A DNA stretch of 52,821 bases from contig CACECR010000003.1 in NCBI GenBank assembly GCA_902558105.1, forward strand, positions 1 to 52,821, in the 5' to 3' direction. Origin of the DNA: an uncultured Candidatus Marinamargulisbacteria bacterium. GTDB taxonomy: Bacteria > Margulisbacteria > Marinamargulisbacteria > UBA817 > CACECR01. Shown piece after piece: positions 22,477 to 31,970 of this stretch. Made by a program: the position numbers and the translations under genes. Each line of letters opens with the position of its first letter. The stretch's first letter is position 1. The notes below the pieces were generated by a model. The model did no database searches. It saw only the letters and a list, made by a program, of their open reading frames with translations, and was not told the DNA's origin.

Positions 22477-22586
22477 TAGAATTTGGGATGATTTTGAACG
22501 ATTAACAGAGGGAGTTATCTTGTCTGGCCCCCCGAAGGGGGCCGATAACGACCAGCGTTAATAGATCCGAAAGCACCCAAATTCTA
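22477..22586. repeat. 110-nt imperfect palindrome / rod-like hairpin in the groEL 3' UTR
   Basis: Nested arms TAGAATTTGGG/CCCAAATTCTA, ATTAAC/GTTAAT, GTTATC/GATAAC, GGCCCCC/GGGGGCC; UUCG loop on the minus strand. Confidence 0.8.
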
Positions 22587-24245
22587 CATCATACCGGGCA
22601 TACCTCCGCCCATGCCGCCCATCCCCGCAGCCGCTGCTGCAGCGGCTGCATCAGCACCATCGTCTGGCTCATCTGCAATTAACGCCTCTGTAGTTAGAGC
22701 CGTACCTGCGATAGACGCACCATTTAAAATAGCCGATACAACTACTTTTGCAGGATCTACGATTCCAGCGTCAACCATATTTTCAAATTTCTCGTCACGA
22801 GCGTTGAACCCAACACCATTTTCAGTTTGATTCTTCACTTGCTCAACGATAACAGATCCTTCTAATCCACTGTTATTTGCGATTTGACGTGTTGGAGCTT
22901 CTAACGAACGCAGTACAATTTCCATTCCAACTTTTTGTGGAGACTCTTCTTTATCAATCGCCTCTTTTAATACTGGAATTAAGTTAATAAACGTCGTTCC
23001 ACCACCTGCAACGATACCATCCTCAACAGCAGCACGCGTGGCTGATAATGCATCTTCAACACGGTGTTTTTTCTCTTTTAACTCAGTTTCTGTTGCTGCA
23101 CCTACTTTGATAACCGCAACACCACCTGATAACTTCGCTAAACGTTCTTGAAGTTTTTCTTGATCATAAGACGAATCAGACGCTGCAATTTCTCTCTTGA
23201 TTTCATCAACTCGTCCAAGGATCTGATCTTGCTGACCTTTACCTTCAACGATTGTTGTTTCATCTTTATTAGATTTTACTTTAGCCGCTGTTCCTAACTG
23301 ATCGATTGTAGTCGCGTCTAATTTAAGACCTTTATCTTCAGAGATAACTTCAGCACCTGTTAAAATCGCAATATCTTCTAACATTGCTTTACGACGATCA
23401 CCAAATCCTGGGGCTTTAAGTGCTAAACAGTTAAATGTACCACGTAGTTTATTCACAACTAATGTAGCTAATGCTTCACCTTCAATATCTTCAGCAATAA
23501 TAACTAACGCTTTATTCGCTTGTACCACTTGCTCTAGTACTGGAAGAATTTCTTTAATCGCTGTAATTTTTTTGTCTGTAATTAAAATGAATGGATCATC
23601 AAACGACGCTTCCATACGCTCTTTATCAGTGACCATATAAGGAGAGGCATATCCTTTATCAAACTGCATCCCTTCTACAATTTCTAACTCTGTTTGGATT
23701 CCTTTAGACTCTTCAACAGTAATAACACCTTCGTTACCCACTTTATCCATAGCATCGGCAATTAAGTTACCAATTTCAAAATCGTTATTAGCGGAAATAG
23801 ATGCAACCTGTGCAATGGCTTCTTTGGTGTCTACTGGCTGAGATAATGATTTGATTTCATTTACAATAACAGATACCGCTTTATCGATCCCACGCTTTAA
23901 ATCCATTGGATTAGCACCAGCTGTTACATTTTTAAGTCCTTCTTTGAAAATAGCATGACCTAAAATAGTAGCCGTCGTCGTTCCGTCACCCGCTACATCA
24001 TTTGTTTTAGATGCTACTTCTTTTAATAGCTGAGCACCCATATTTTCAAATGGATCTTTTAATTCAATTTCTTTAGCCACAGAAACACCATCTTTAGTAA
24101 TAGATGGAGATCCCCACGATTTTGCTAATACAACATTACGTCCTTTAGGTCCTAACGTTACACGTACTGCATCTGCTACTTGCTCAATACCATCTGCAAG
24201 TGCTTTCCATGCTTCATTTGAATATTTTAGTTGCTTTGCACCCAT
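22584..24245 (-). CDS. groL: Chaperonin GroEL
   Basis: [22 protein letters not shown]-terminal repeats; SD spacing favours ATG 24245 over 24251. Confidence 0.99.
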   Translation of the reverse strand: MGAKQLKYSNEAWKALADGIEQVADAVRVTLGPKGRNVVLAKSWGSPSITKDGVSVAKEIELKDPFENMGAQLLKEVASKTNDVAGDGTTTATILGHAIFKEGLKNVTAGANPMDLKRGIDKAVSVIVNEIKSLSQPVDTKEAIAQVASISANNDFEIGNLIADAMDKVGNEGVITVEESKGIQTELEIVEGMQFDKGYASPYMVTDKERMEASFDDPFILITDKKITAIKEILPVLEQVVQANKALVIIAEDIEGEALATLVVNKLRGTFNCLALKAPGFGDRRKAMLEDIAILTGAEVISEDKGLKLDATTIDQLGTAAKVKSNKDETTIVEGKGQQDQILGRVDEIKREIAASDSSYDQEKLQERLAKLSGGVAVIKVGAATETELKEKKHRVEDALSATRAAVEDGIVAGGGTTFINLIPVLKEAIDKEESPQKVGMEIVLRSLEAPTRQIANNSGLEGSVIVEQVKNQTENGVGFNARDEKFENMVDAGIVDPAKVVVSAILNGASIAGTALTTEALIADEPDDGADAAAAAAAAGMGGMGGGMPGMM

Positions 24246-24263
24246 AGTCATTCTCCTTTAACC

Positions 24264-24554
24264 TTAATTAGCTCTTACCGCTAAAATATCACTTTCTTTT
24301 ACAATTAAATATTGCTTTTCGCCTTCTTTAAGTTCAGTACCACCGTACTTAGCAAAAATAACAACATCTCCTTGCTTTACTGTCATTGGAATCGACTTAC
24401 CTTCATCTGTAACACGACCCGCACCCACTGCAACAACAACACCTGTTTGTGGTTTTTCTTGAGCTGTATCTGGTAAAACAATACCTGAAGCTGTACGCTC
24501 TTCTGCTTCTTGTTGCTCGATGATCACACGATCCGATAGTGGTTTATAGTTCAT
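24264..24554 (-). CDS. groS: Co-chaperonin GroES
   Basis: [28 protein letters not shown]; start MNYKP with GGAG SD. Confidence 0.98.
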   Translation of the reverse strand: MNYKPLSDRVIIEQQEAEERTASGIVLPDTAQEKPQTGVVVAVGAGRVTDEGKSIPMTVKQGDVVIFAKYGGTELKEGEKQYLIVKESDILAVRAN

Positions 24555-24587
24555 AAATAACTCCTTGCATTGATACAATTTAAACCG

Positions 24588-24614
24588 TTAGCACAGTACA
24601 TGCTAGAGTGCTAT
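24588..24614. promoter_or_regulatory. CIRCE element (HrcA operator)
   Basis: TTAGCACAG-N9-GAGTGCTAT versus consensus TTAGCACTC-N9-GAGTGCTAA, directly upstream of groES. Confidence 0.9.
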
Positions 24615-24641
24615 TTTAACGTGATCAAGAACTTAATTCAA
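24613..24641 (-). promoter_or_regulatory. Sigma70-type promoter of groESL
   Basis: Minus strand TTGAAT-N17-TAAAAT; the -10 abuts CIRCE. Confidence 0.75.
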
Positions 24642-24728
24642 GTACAAAATAAAGAAAAAAAAAACACTTAAAAAATAATAAACTTTACGATCAGATTATT
24701 TTAGATTACTATGAGTCGTATAGTTGCT

Positions 24729-24817
24729 GCCGAGGTGGTGAAATTGGTAGACACGACGGACTTAAAATCCGTTGACCTTTAAACGTCGTGCCGGTTCAAG
24801 TCCGGCCCTCGGTACCA
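24729..24817 (+). tRNA. tRNA-Leu (anticodon TAA)
   Basis: GCCGAGG/CCTCGGT acceptor stem, D loop with GG, ACGGA-CTTAAAA-TCCGT anticodon arm, long variable arm, GGTTCAAGTCC T arm, encoded CCA. Confidence 0.97.
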
Positions 24818-24835
24818 CTAATAACAAGCCACTAT

Positions 24836-25504
24836 ATGAAAATAAAAATTGTCGCACATAGCAAAGGGGCTAAAGAAGATAGTTTACTCTACAACTATAA
24901 TAAAGAGTTAGGGCCTATCATCATTGAACATAACAAACTCGCCATTGCGAAGGCCTATAATAAACAATTAAATCTTGCCCTAGAGGAAGAACTTGACTGC
25001 TTAATACTTTGCCATGATGATATTGCTATCCATAGTAATGTTACCCAACAACTTAAGCACTTTATAACAGAGTACGATGTTGTTGGAGTAGCCGGAGCAA
25101 GCTGTATTCATGTTCAAAAACCCATTACTTGGAGGTATTTAGCTAAACATGCAAAAGATCACGGTAAAACCACCATCCATTGTGAGCATGGAGCCGTTGC
25201 TCATGGTGACCCAGATTATAAATTGATGAGCTCTTATGGCTACTACCCAAGTCCAGCACTCATCATCGATGGCCAGTTTATGGCACTCTCAAAACAAGCT
25301 ATTCAAACCATTAGATTCGACGAAAACTGCCCAAGTCGCTTTGATTTTTATGATTTAGATTATTGTTTACAAGCCGTAACTAATCAATTAAAAGTTGGCG
25401 TAAGTGATATTTGTATCACTCATCAATCCACCGGGAGTTATTCAAACCCCGACTATCCAAAAGGAGAAGAATGGTTCTTTCAAAAGTGGAAAGATATTTT
25501 TTAA
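24836..25504 (+). CDS. Glycosyltransferase family 2-like protein
   Basis: AYN, LCHDD, VVGVAG, IDG.F, FDE...FDFYDLD; start moved out of the tRNA to MKIKIV at 24836. Confidence 0.75.
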   Translation: MKIKIVAHSKGAKEDSLLYNYNKELGPIIIEHNKLAIAKAYNKQLNLALEEELDCLILCHDDIAIHSNVTQQLKHFITEYDVVGVAGASCIHVQKPITWRYLAKHAKDHGKTTIHCEHGAVAHGDPDYKLMSSYGYYPSPALIIDGQFMALSKQAIQTIRFDENCPSRFDFYDLDYCLQAVTNQLKVGVSDICITHQSTGSYSNPDYPKGEEWFFQKWKDIF

Positions 25505-25839
25505 TAGCCCCCATCAAAAAAATGAATCGCATCCTCCATCGACTCAACAAAACAAAAAAAGCGAGTTAATCCAGAGACATCCATAATCGTTTTTAACGAA
25601 TCAACTAAACCTAAAATACACAGTTTAACAGACCCGACCTGAGATTTTTTATAAGCTAATAAAAATACCCGAAGCCCCGAACTACTCACATAGGTCATTT
25701 TTGATACATCTAAAACAACTTTAGTGTGACCTTCATCTAAAACACCTAACAACTCTTTTTCTAGACTTGGAGCCGTAAGCGTATCCACTTTACCATCAAT
25801 TCTACAAATACAAATGTCTCCTTGACGTTCTTTAATCAT
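25501..25839 (-). CDS. STAS-domain anti-sigma factor antagonist (RsbV/SpoIIAA-like)
   Basis: G.VD...AP, LD.S.MTYVSSSGLRV with phosphorylatable Ser. Confidence 0.93.
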   Translation of the reverse strand: MIKERQGDICICRIDGKVDTLTAPSLEKELLGVLDEGHTKVVLDVSKMTYVSSSGLRVFLLAYKKSQVGSVKLCILGLVDSLKTIMDVSGLTRFFCFVESMEDAIHFFDGGY

Positions 25840-27802
25840 TCGAAGCCTCCTTATTCTGAGTAAATACTAACACTAACTTATTCTGTGCCCCTTCTCGAGA
25901 ATAAACAGCTGATTTTGTTAGTGATTTAACAAAATGAATTCCTAAACCACCAATATCTGTGTCCTCTAAACTTGTAGACATATCCACATCCTCTTGCTCA
26001 AGTGGATTAAAAGGAACCCCATCATCCTCAATAATCACCGACAATTCTTCAGCAGAATAATCAAACGTCACGTAAATTAAGTGTTCGTCATGATCTTGAT
26101 ACCCATAGAAAATAACATTGCTTAATAACTCTTCTAAAACCACATTCACATTCATCGCCATAGCTTGGGTTAACTGATGAGTATCCGCATATCGCTCAAC
26201 CACCATATGCAACTTAGCAATCTCTGAAATATCATTTATAAAATGAACTTTAAATGGATTCGGAATTTCCATATCTTTTGGATGATAGTGCATCATCAAG
26301 ACGGTCATATCATCATGTTGCGGTGCCGTATCAGCAAATGTTTCAATATCATCTATGACGCTATTCAACATTATCGACACGTCTTGATTTGAGCTTTGAA
26401 TCAACTGTTGCACCATCCGATCCTCACCATAACATTCATCTGTTGGAGACATCGCCTCACTTAAACCATCCGTATAAATACAAAGTTTCGATTCTGGTGA
26501 AACGTGTATTGTCTGAGAAGCAAAGTAAGCCGTTGAATCAAATGCAAGAACGATACCGTCGGTTAGTTCAAGAGTTTCAACCTTATTATCCGTCACAACA
26601 AATGGCGAATTATGACCCGCATTAACATACGTTAATTCACCCGTTTGGATATTAAACACTCCTATCCATAGCGTCACAAATAAAAAATGATCGTTATGCT
26701 CACATAAATACTTATTCACATAAGCAACCACATCACTTAAATCGTGCATCTGATGAGTCACTGCACGCAATAACGTTAAGGTCATCGACATAAATAATGC
26801 CGCCGGAGACCCTTTTCCAGATACATCTCCAACAACTAAACAAAGTTCATTAGGACTTCTCATGAACATATCATAAAAATCGCCACCCACCTCTTTCGCA
26901 GGTTTCATAAATCCTTTAAGTGAAAACTGATCATTCCCAGAAAGTGCATCTTCTTTAGGCAACATACTCATTTGAATATTCGTAGCAATTTGAAGCTCCG
27001 ATTCGATTTGTTGTTTAGCCGAAATCGTCGTCTCTAATTCACGACGACTGCTAATTAAATGATCTTCCATTGCTAAAAGCGTCGTTGATAACTCCCCAAC
27101 TTCATCACGATGGCGAGCTGGAATAGCCAAAATAGTATCTCTATGTGGATGCTGAGATTCAAAATGATGCGTCGAGAGTGCAGACACATAGCGCATCAGT
27201 TTCCTTAACGGTTCTGAGATGCGCCCCATCACCACTTTCAACGTTAGAACACCTATCAAAAATAATACTAAAAAAATAGCAATCATATATATAATTAGCT
27301 CGCCAATAGACTCTAAGATCAAGTCTAAATCCATCCCAACATGAACAGCACCCACTTCACCAAATAAAATAGGAACCGTTACATCTAATGCATGGGGAGC
27401 CCCATCCTCGTTAAACGTTAAAAATATGGGTCGTTTTACCCAATCTTCCTTTGACAATACGGGTTGATACTTCTGATGAAGTAAATCTGGAATGACAGGT
27501 ACAAAAGTATGTGCAATCACGTCTAGGTTTGAATCTCTTACAATAATATAAGAGACGCCTTTAATGCTAAGATATTCATCAATTTTCGATTGAAGAGTCG
27601 CCGCATCACTATTTAAAATCAACTCAACCCCAGCATCCGAAATACTCTGAGCAATAGCTAAGCCCTTACTTTTGGCCTCTTTCTCTAATTCATTCTGAAT
27701 TCGAACTCCCATCATTAACGAAATGGACACTAGTATAGCCAAAAAAATCAAACTAGTTACTACTATTACTCTATAAAATAACGGAGATTGTGATGACTTC
27801 AT
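25832..27802 (-). CDS. Membrane sensor: HAMP + SpoIIE/RsbU PP2C phosphatase + RsbW-like HATPase kinase
   Basis: Two TM helices, DEVGEL HAMP, VGGDFYD, GDVSGKG, YTDG, DDMT; C-terminal EELLSN..YG, DDG.PFNP, GGLGI. Confidence 0.9.
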   Translation of the reverse strand: MKSSQSPLFYRVIVVTSLIFLAILVSISLMMGVRIQNELEKEAKSKGLAIAQSISDAGVELILNSDAATLQSKIDEYLSIKGVSYIIVRDSNLDVIAHTFVPVIPDLLHQKYQPVLSKEDWVKRPIFLTFNEDGAPHALDVTVPILFGEVGAVHVGMDLDLILESIGELIIYMIAIFLVLFLIGVLTLKVVMGRISEPLRKLMRYVSALSTHHFESQHPHRDTILAIPARHRDEVGELSTTLLAMEDHLISSRRELETTISAKQQIESELQIATNIQMSMLPKEDALSGNDQFSLKGFMKPAKEVGGDFYDMFMRSPNELCLVVGDVSGKGSPAALFMSMTLTLLRAVTHQMHDLSDVVAYVNKYLCEHNDHFLFVTLWIGVFNIQTGELTYVNAGHNSPFVVTDNKVETLELTDGIVLAFDSTAYFASQTIHVSPESKLCIYTDGLSEAMSPTDECYGEDRMVQQLIQSSNQDVSIMLNSVIDDIETFADTAPQHDDMTVLMMHYHPKDMEIPNPFKVHFINDISEIAKLHMVVERYADTHQLTQAMAMNVNVVLEELLSNVIFYGYQDHDEHLIYVTFDYSAEELSVIIEDDGVPFNPLEQEDVDMSTSLEDTDIGGLGIHFVKSLTKSAVYSREGAQNKLVLVFTQNKEASND

Positions 27803-28965
27803 TTGGAGGCCCTTTCAATCATTTCAAATCCATTTTTTCCAGGTTTCAATAAGTAAACAGGTAAATTGGCTTGATTAGATTCGCGAAATGAAATCGATTG
27901 CTTTAACCCAATTGAAATACCTGAAGAGCGTTTAAATACATCACGTAACTTGGAGGCTGAAAACTCTCCAGGCACTTTTTTCATCATATTAACTAACAAT
28001 GTAGCATTCATATACGCTTCCAATCCAACAAAGTTAGGAGACTGCAGCGACTCAGATGATGCGACAAGGTGTCGATACGCCTTCACCGCCGGTAAACGAG
28101 TTAAATTATAGTCTGGAACTACCTGTGAAAAGACTAAATTTGAACTATAAAGAGACTCTTGATTACTAAGTAAACTTATTACTTTTTGAGCCCCAACAAA
28201 AGAAATATTCGCCACAATTGTTGGATCTCCAGACGCTCTTAACTCGCGAATAAAACCGGCACTCGCTTCATAAGATCCAACCACAATAATAACCTCGGGC
28301 TTAGCGGATTGAATAACTGATAACTGTGACTGATAGGAATCCGTAAAACGAGACCCTCGAGCATAACTCGCATCAGCTACTAACGTTTCCCCATATAAAG
28401 CCAGTGCCCGACGAACTCCGTCCCAGCCATTGCGACCGTACGCATCAGACTGATAAAAAACAGCTATCTTCGATTTCCCAATCGATCGAAAATAAGAAAC
28501 CAACGCCTTTGTTTCTTCTAAATAAGACGCTCTTAAATTGAATACAAACGATTGATAAGGATCACGACGTTGAGGCTCCGCACCTGTAAAGGGAAAATAA
28601 AGCATCATCGATCGATCTTCAAATCGTTTAAGTAAAGGAAGCACTCGAGTAACCGTCGGAGTACCCACATAACCCAATAACAAATCCACTTGATCCTTTT
28701 CGATTAATGTCATCGTATTTTTAACCGCCAGTTGGGGAGTATAGGCATCATCGTACACCACTAGTTCAAGGGGACGACCGTTGATACCGCCATTTTGATT
28801 AGCATCTTGAATCACAGCCTGGGTCACCGCTAAATAATCAGACCCAATCGTAGAAACGGGCCCTGACAATGCTAAAGACATCCCTATTTTTATAGGAGTC
28901 TTAGCCTGTAAATGTACCGATAAAATACATAAAAATATAAGTAGTCTGATTCCAAAAGCTATCAT
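27799..28965 (-). CDS. Periplasmic ligand-binding protein (LivJ-type, class I)
   Basis: Signal peptide, IKIG...LSGP, N..GGINGR, DDAY.P, GYVGTPT, RASY.EE. Confidence 0.88.
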   Translation of the reverse strand: MIAFGIRLLIFLCILSVHLQAKTPIKIGMSLALSGPVSTIGSDYLAVTQAVIQDANQNGGINGRPLELVVYDDAYTPQLAVKNTMTLIEKDQVDLLLGYVGTPTVTRVLPLLKRFEDRSMMLYFPFTGAEPQRRDPYQSFVFNLRASYLEETKALVSYFRSIGKSKIAVFYQSDAYGRNGWDGVRRALALYGETLVADASYARGSRFTDSYQSQLSVIQSAKPEVIIVVGSYEASAGFIRELRASGDPTIVANISFVGAQKVISLLSNQESLYSSNLVFSQVVPDYNLTRLPAVKAYRHLVASSESLQSPNFVGLEAYMNATLLVNMMKKVPGEFSASKLRDVFKRSSGISIGLKQSISFRESNQANLPVYLLKPGKNGFEMIERASK

Positions 28966-29036
28966 CGCATTCCATTAAAATTATGATAAAATTAACGATA
29001 AGTCTATTATATCGTGTAAAACTTACTTAGACCAAT

Positions 29037-29885
29037 ATGAAATCGATCGATATCAATCAATTATTAGCCCAAGACCATCGCCAACAAGTCAAAAGCAATC
29101 CCATTCCTAAAGTTAAAAATTCATTTAGCTCAAGCCTAAACAACAACTCGATACTCATTAGCACATTCAAAGCAGGCTCCGATAACACGCACACACTTAA
29201 CCTACATATTAATTCAGAAGATCTGACAATTATAGAAACAAAAGACCAACGATCCAGACAATTAAACTATAATTTCAAAACCCACTTCTTAAGTGTTAAC
29301 AAGAAAAAAGGAAGTGAAAACGATTTAGAAACGCTTCATAAACTCATCAGAAAATTACTGTTGCTTGTACTAAAAGAACCGCTAACCGTACTGAGTAACA
29401 CCAGCAAAGGTTCCTCAAATATGAGCAACTTTATGCACGCTCATAAACCTCTCTTAAGCTATGCGAGCTACCAAATACCTGATTCCAATACCGACACCAT
29501 CCAACAAAACATCGGGATCTCACTACAAACATTTAGCACACAACTCAAAAACGCCAGTCAAAAAGAATCGGGTATTGGCCAACAAATCAAAAAACGATTA
29601 CTAAAAGCACTTGGTATCTTTAAATCATTAATCATTAGCGACTCTCGTCTAAAAAAAGCCGCACTAAATACCATCCACACACTAACCATCAATGCCAAAC
29701 AAAGTACGTATACCGAAAAAAGCAAGATCTCAAACCAACGCTTTGAATTTAACATGAGCGATTGTAGCATTACACATAATCAACAACAAACAGGGGCCAA
29801 AACACTCGTTTGGTTTAATGAAAAAGTAAAACAGATGAGCCGATTATTACGTCAACATAAATGTGAGTGCTTTAGCTCATCTTAG
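29037..29885 (+). CDS. Hypothetical protein with an apparent internal domain duplication
   Basis: 282-aa ORF filling the gap; no family recognised. Confidence 0.7.
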   Translation: MKSIDINQLLAQDHRQQVKSNPIPKVKNSFSSSLNNNSILISTFKAGSDNTHTLNLHINSEDLTIIETKDQRSRQLNYNFKTHFLSVNKKKGSENDLETLHKLIRKLLLLVLKEPLTVLSNTSKGSSNMSNFMHAHKPLLSYASYQIPDSNTDTIQQNIGISLQTFSTQLKNASQKESGIGQQIKKRLLKALGIFKSLIISDSRLKKAALNTIHTLTINAKQSTYTEKSKISNQRFEFNMSDCSITHNQQQTGAKTLVWFNEKVKQMSRLLRQHKCECFSSS

Positions 29886-31899
29886 TGCGATAAGCAGCTA
29901 GCAAGCCTTGTAACTCACCGATTGTCGCACGTTTTTTAGGATCCACTTCTAAACACCGACACAATAATGTTTGAACAAAAGGTCCTAAATGGGAGTATTT
30001 TGTTAAGGTATCTTGAATAGAAAATGACGATAGCTTGGACTCTAACGATGCCCGATCATTTTCAAAAAAAGCATCTCCAGTCACTTGCTGAAACATCATG
30101 ACACCCAAACTCCAAATATCAAAAGATCCATCCGCAGCCATTATTTGAGAACTAGACAGCACCGCTTCAGGTGGCATAAATTTAAGGGTTCCTTCAACTG
30201 AGGACACCTCTTGCCCTTGACTAACCACCAAACCAAAATCAGCGAGTTTCAAACTAGCATCTTTCATCTTAAAAATATTTTCAGGTTTTAAATCCCGGTG
30301 GACTAAGCCATTATCATGTAAATTTTGAACGGCGGTGAATGCCGACTCCCAGTACGATAAGAATTGAGAAATCAACGACGCTTTATCCGCTACCGTTGTT
30401 TCATCTATCGAATTTACCTGAACAGAAGCTGACACGATGTCTTCTAAATCCGATAACTCCCTAATAGTTCCACTATTAATGTCCTTCAAAGCTGAATAAA
30501 CTGACGATTGCTCAAATCCAATTAGAAAGTTAAAGCGTTTATTACTCAACTGATAAATCGCTGATACATCTAAAGAAGCCTCTAATTCAGTTAAATTAAA
30601 ATAGTCTGAAAGTACACGATGACACTGTTCAGGCGTATCACAATCTTTTAAATGAGATAAAAAAGTCATATCAGTCGAGCACTTAATAAGTGATTGAAGC
30701 TTATCTAAACTAACCGATGTAATCGATGAATCTTGACGCACTAATTGAACAGAAGCAGAATCTTTTACTAATTCCATATTACTAGGTGACATATAACTTG
30801 GAAGAGGAGACGAAAACACCTCTTGTTGTGCATGAATAGAGTTTTCTAAACACATTGAATATGTATCTTCAGAAAGATCACCAACCGCCAAAGGCATTAA
30901 CATCGCGTAATAAGCCTGCTGATTTGCATCAACAATTCGATACCCATCATAAGCTGAAATTAAATGAGAGTCTTCACTTGAACGTGAAATGAGTCGTGGG
31001 CTCATTTTTGATAGAAACATTTCTTTTAGAAACCCATCTTGATTATCAAGAATACTCAGCTTTAACACATACTCCGCACCATTTTTTGCATGAGCTTTAA
31101 AAATTTTACCTTCCCCTCCTTCAGCAATAAAATCATGCTGTAAATTAACAGTTAATGGACCAAATTGCGAAGGTATATTCAACGTTTCAGCTTCAGAAAA
31201 CGCCATTTCAAAATCACCCTTAAACGCAACATCTTCAATAGTAAATGGTTTTAAAAGTTGAGAAGGCATAGAATCAGGCGCCTCATGACGAAATGAAAAC
31301 TGAGCGGTATAATCCATCAAAGATTGCGTCCAATACGACAACTGGTTCGATAATAATGACCCAAAATGATACTTTGTAGCATAACGTTGTGACTCATGCG
31401 TTAACACCGTTTTAAACGCTTCTTTCAATTGAGGAGTTTGGACCGAACGACTTGTAGCAAACTGTTCTTCCCATGCCATACTTAAACGAAGCAGTTTATC
31501 TGTTTTTTCTACAAACTTCGTTTGTTTCGAAGAAAATAAATGCTTTACGGATTGAACAAATCTTTTCATACTGAAAAATGAGTTTGATCTAAAAGACTTA
31601 GGGGTTGAAAACCCTTCGCTTTCTAATAATCGAGTCGCCTCATGTAATTGTTGTGAATTAATAAGATCCAACGAAACAGTGGGACACTCTTGTGCAGCGC
31701 TTCTATCTATAACTGGACTTGAATCTAACGCATCCGAAATATCACGAAGTTGAGATAAATCCTGAATTTTTTCAACACTATCAATACCCTGAGAACGCAA
31801 CTCTTCAAGAGAAGTCGAATCCAAAGAGCCAACCCCATGTGAAGAATCTTCTCTAGGTACACCAGAAATATCTAATGGATCAATTAGTTGCGTCATCAT
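29872..31899 (-). CDS. Soluble Hanks-type Ser/Thr protein kinase with long N-terminal extension and large insert
   Basis: AEGGEG loop, VLK, HRDLKPEN, DFG, GT.KFMPPE, DIWSLG; SD GAGGA; no TM. Confidence 0.9.
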   Translation of the reverse strand: MMTQLIDPLDISGVPREDSSHGVGSLDSTSLEELRSQGIDSVEKIQDLSQLRDISDALDSSPVIDRSAAQECPTVSLDLINSQQLHEATRLLESEGFSTPKSFRSNSFFSMKRFVQSVKHLFSSKQTKFVEKTDKLLRLSMAWEEQFATSRSVQTPQLKEAFKTVLTHESQRYATKYHFGSLLSNQLSYWTQSLMDYTAQFSFRHEAPDSMPSQLLKPFTIEDVAFKGDFEMAFSEAETLNIPSQFGPLTVNLQHDFIAEGGEGKIFKAHAKNGAEYVLKLSILDNQDGFLKEMFLSKMSPRLISRSSEDSHLISAYDGYRIVDANQQAYYAMLMPLAVGDLSEDTYSMCLENSIHAQQEVFSSPLPSYMSPSNMELVKDSASVQLVRQDSSITSVSLDKLQSLIKCSTDMTFLSHLKDCDTPEQCHRVLSDYFNLTELEASLDVSAIYQLSNKRFNFLIGFEQSSVYSALKDINSGTIRELSDLEDIVSASVQVNSIDETTVADKASLISQFLSYWESAFTAVQNLHDNGLVHRDLKPENIFKMKDASLKLADFGLVVSQGQEVSSVEGTLKFMPPEAVLSSSQIMAADGSFDIWSLGVMMFQQVTGDAFFENDRASLESKLSSFSIQDTLTKYSHLGPFVQTLLCRCLEVDPKKRATIGELQGLLAAYRTKMS

Positions 31900-31970
31900 A
31901 AGTCCTCTTAATTAATATATATTATATATATCGCACAAACAGTTCAGGATATTGCATAAAATATAATAAT

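Noticed and set aside
22477-22586. SRP (4.5S) RNA or 6S RNA
   Set aside because: Lacks the SRP domain IV GGAA loop motif and is too short for 6S; kept only as an unexplained palindrome.
22590-22660. Poly-Ala/GGM low-complexity repeat at the groEL end
   Set aside because: Ordinary variable GroEL C-terminal tail.
24788-24835. Track start of the glycosyltransferase ORF (MPVQVRP...)
   Set aside because: It begins inside the tRNA gene; ATG at 24836 is more plausible.
24729-25504. tRNA-Leu as a prophage or island attachment site
   Set aside because: No integrase and no duplicated tRNA 3' end seen in the window.
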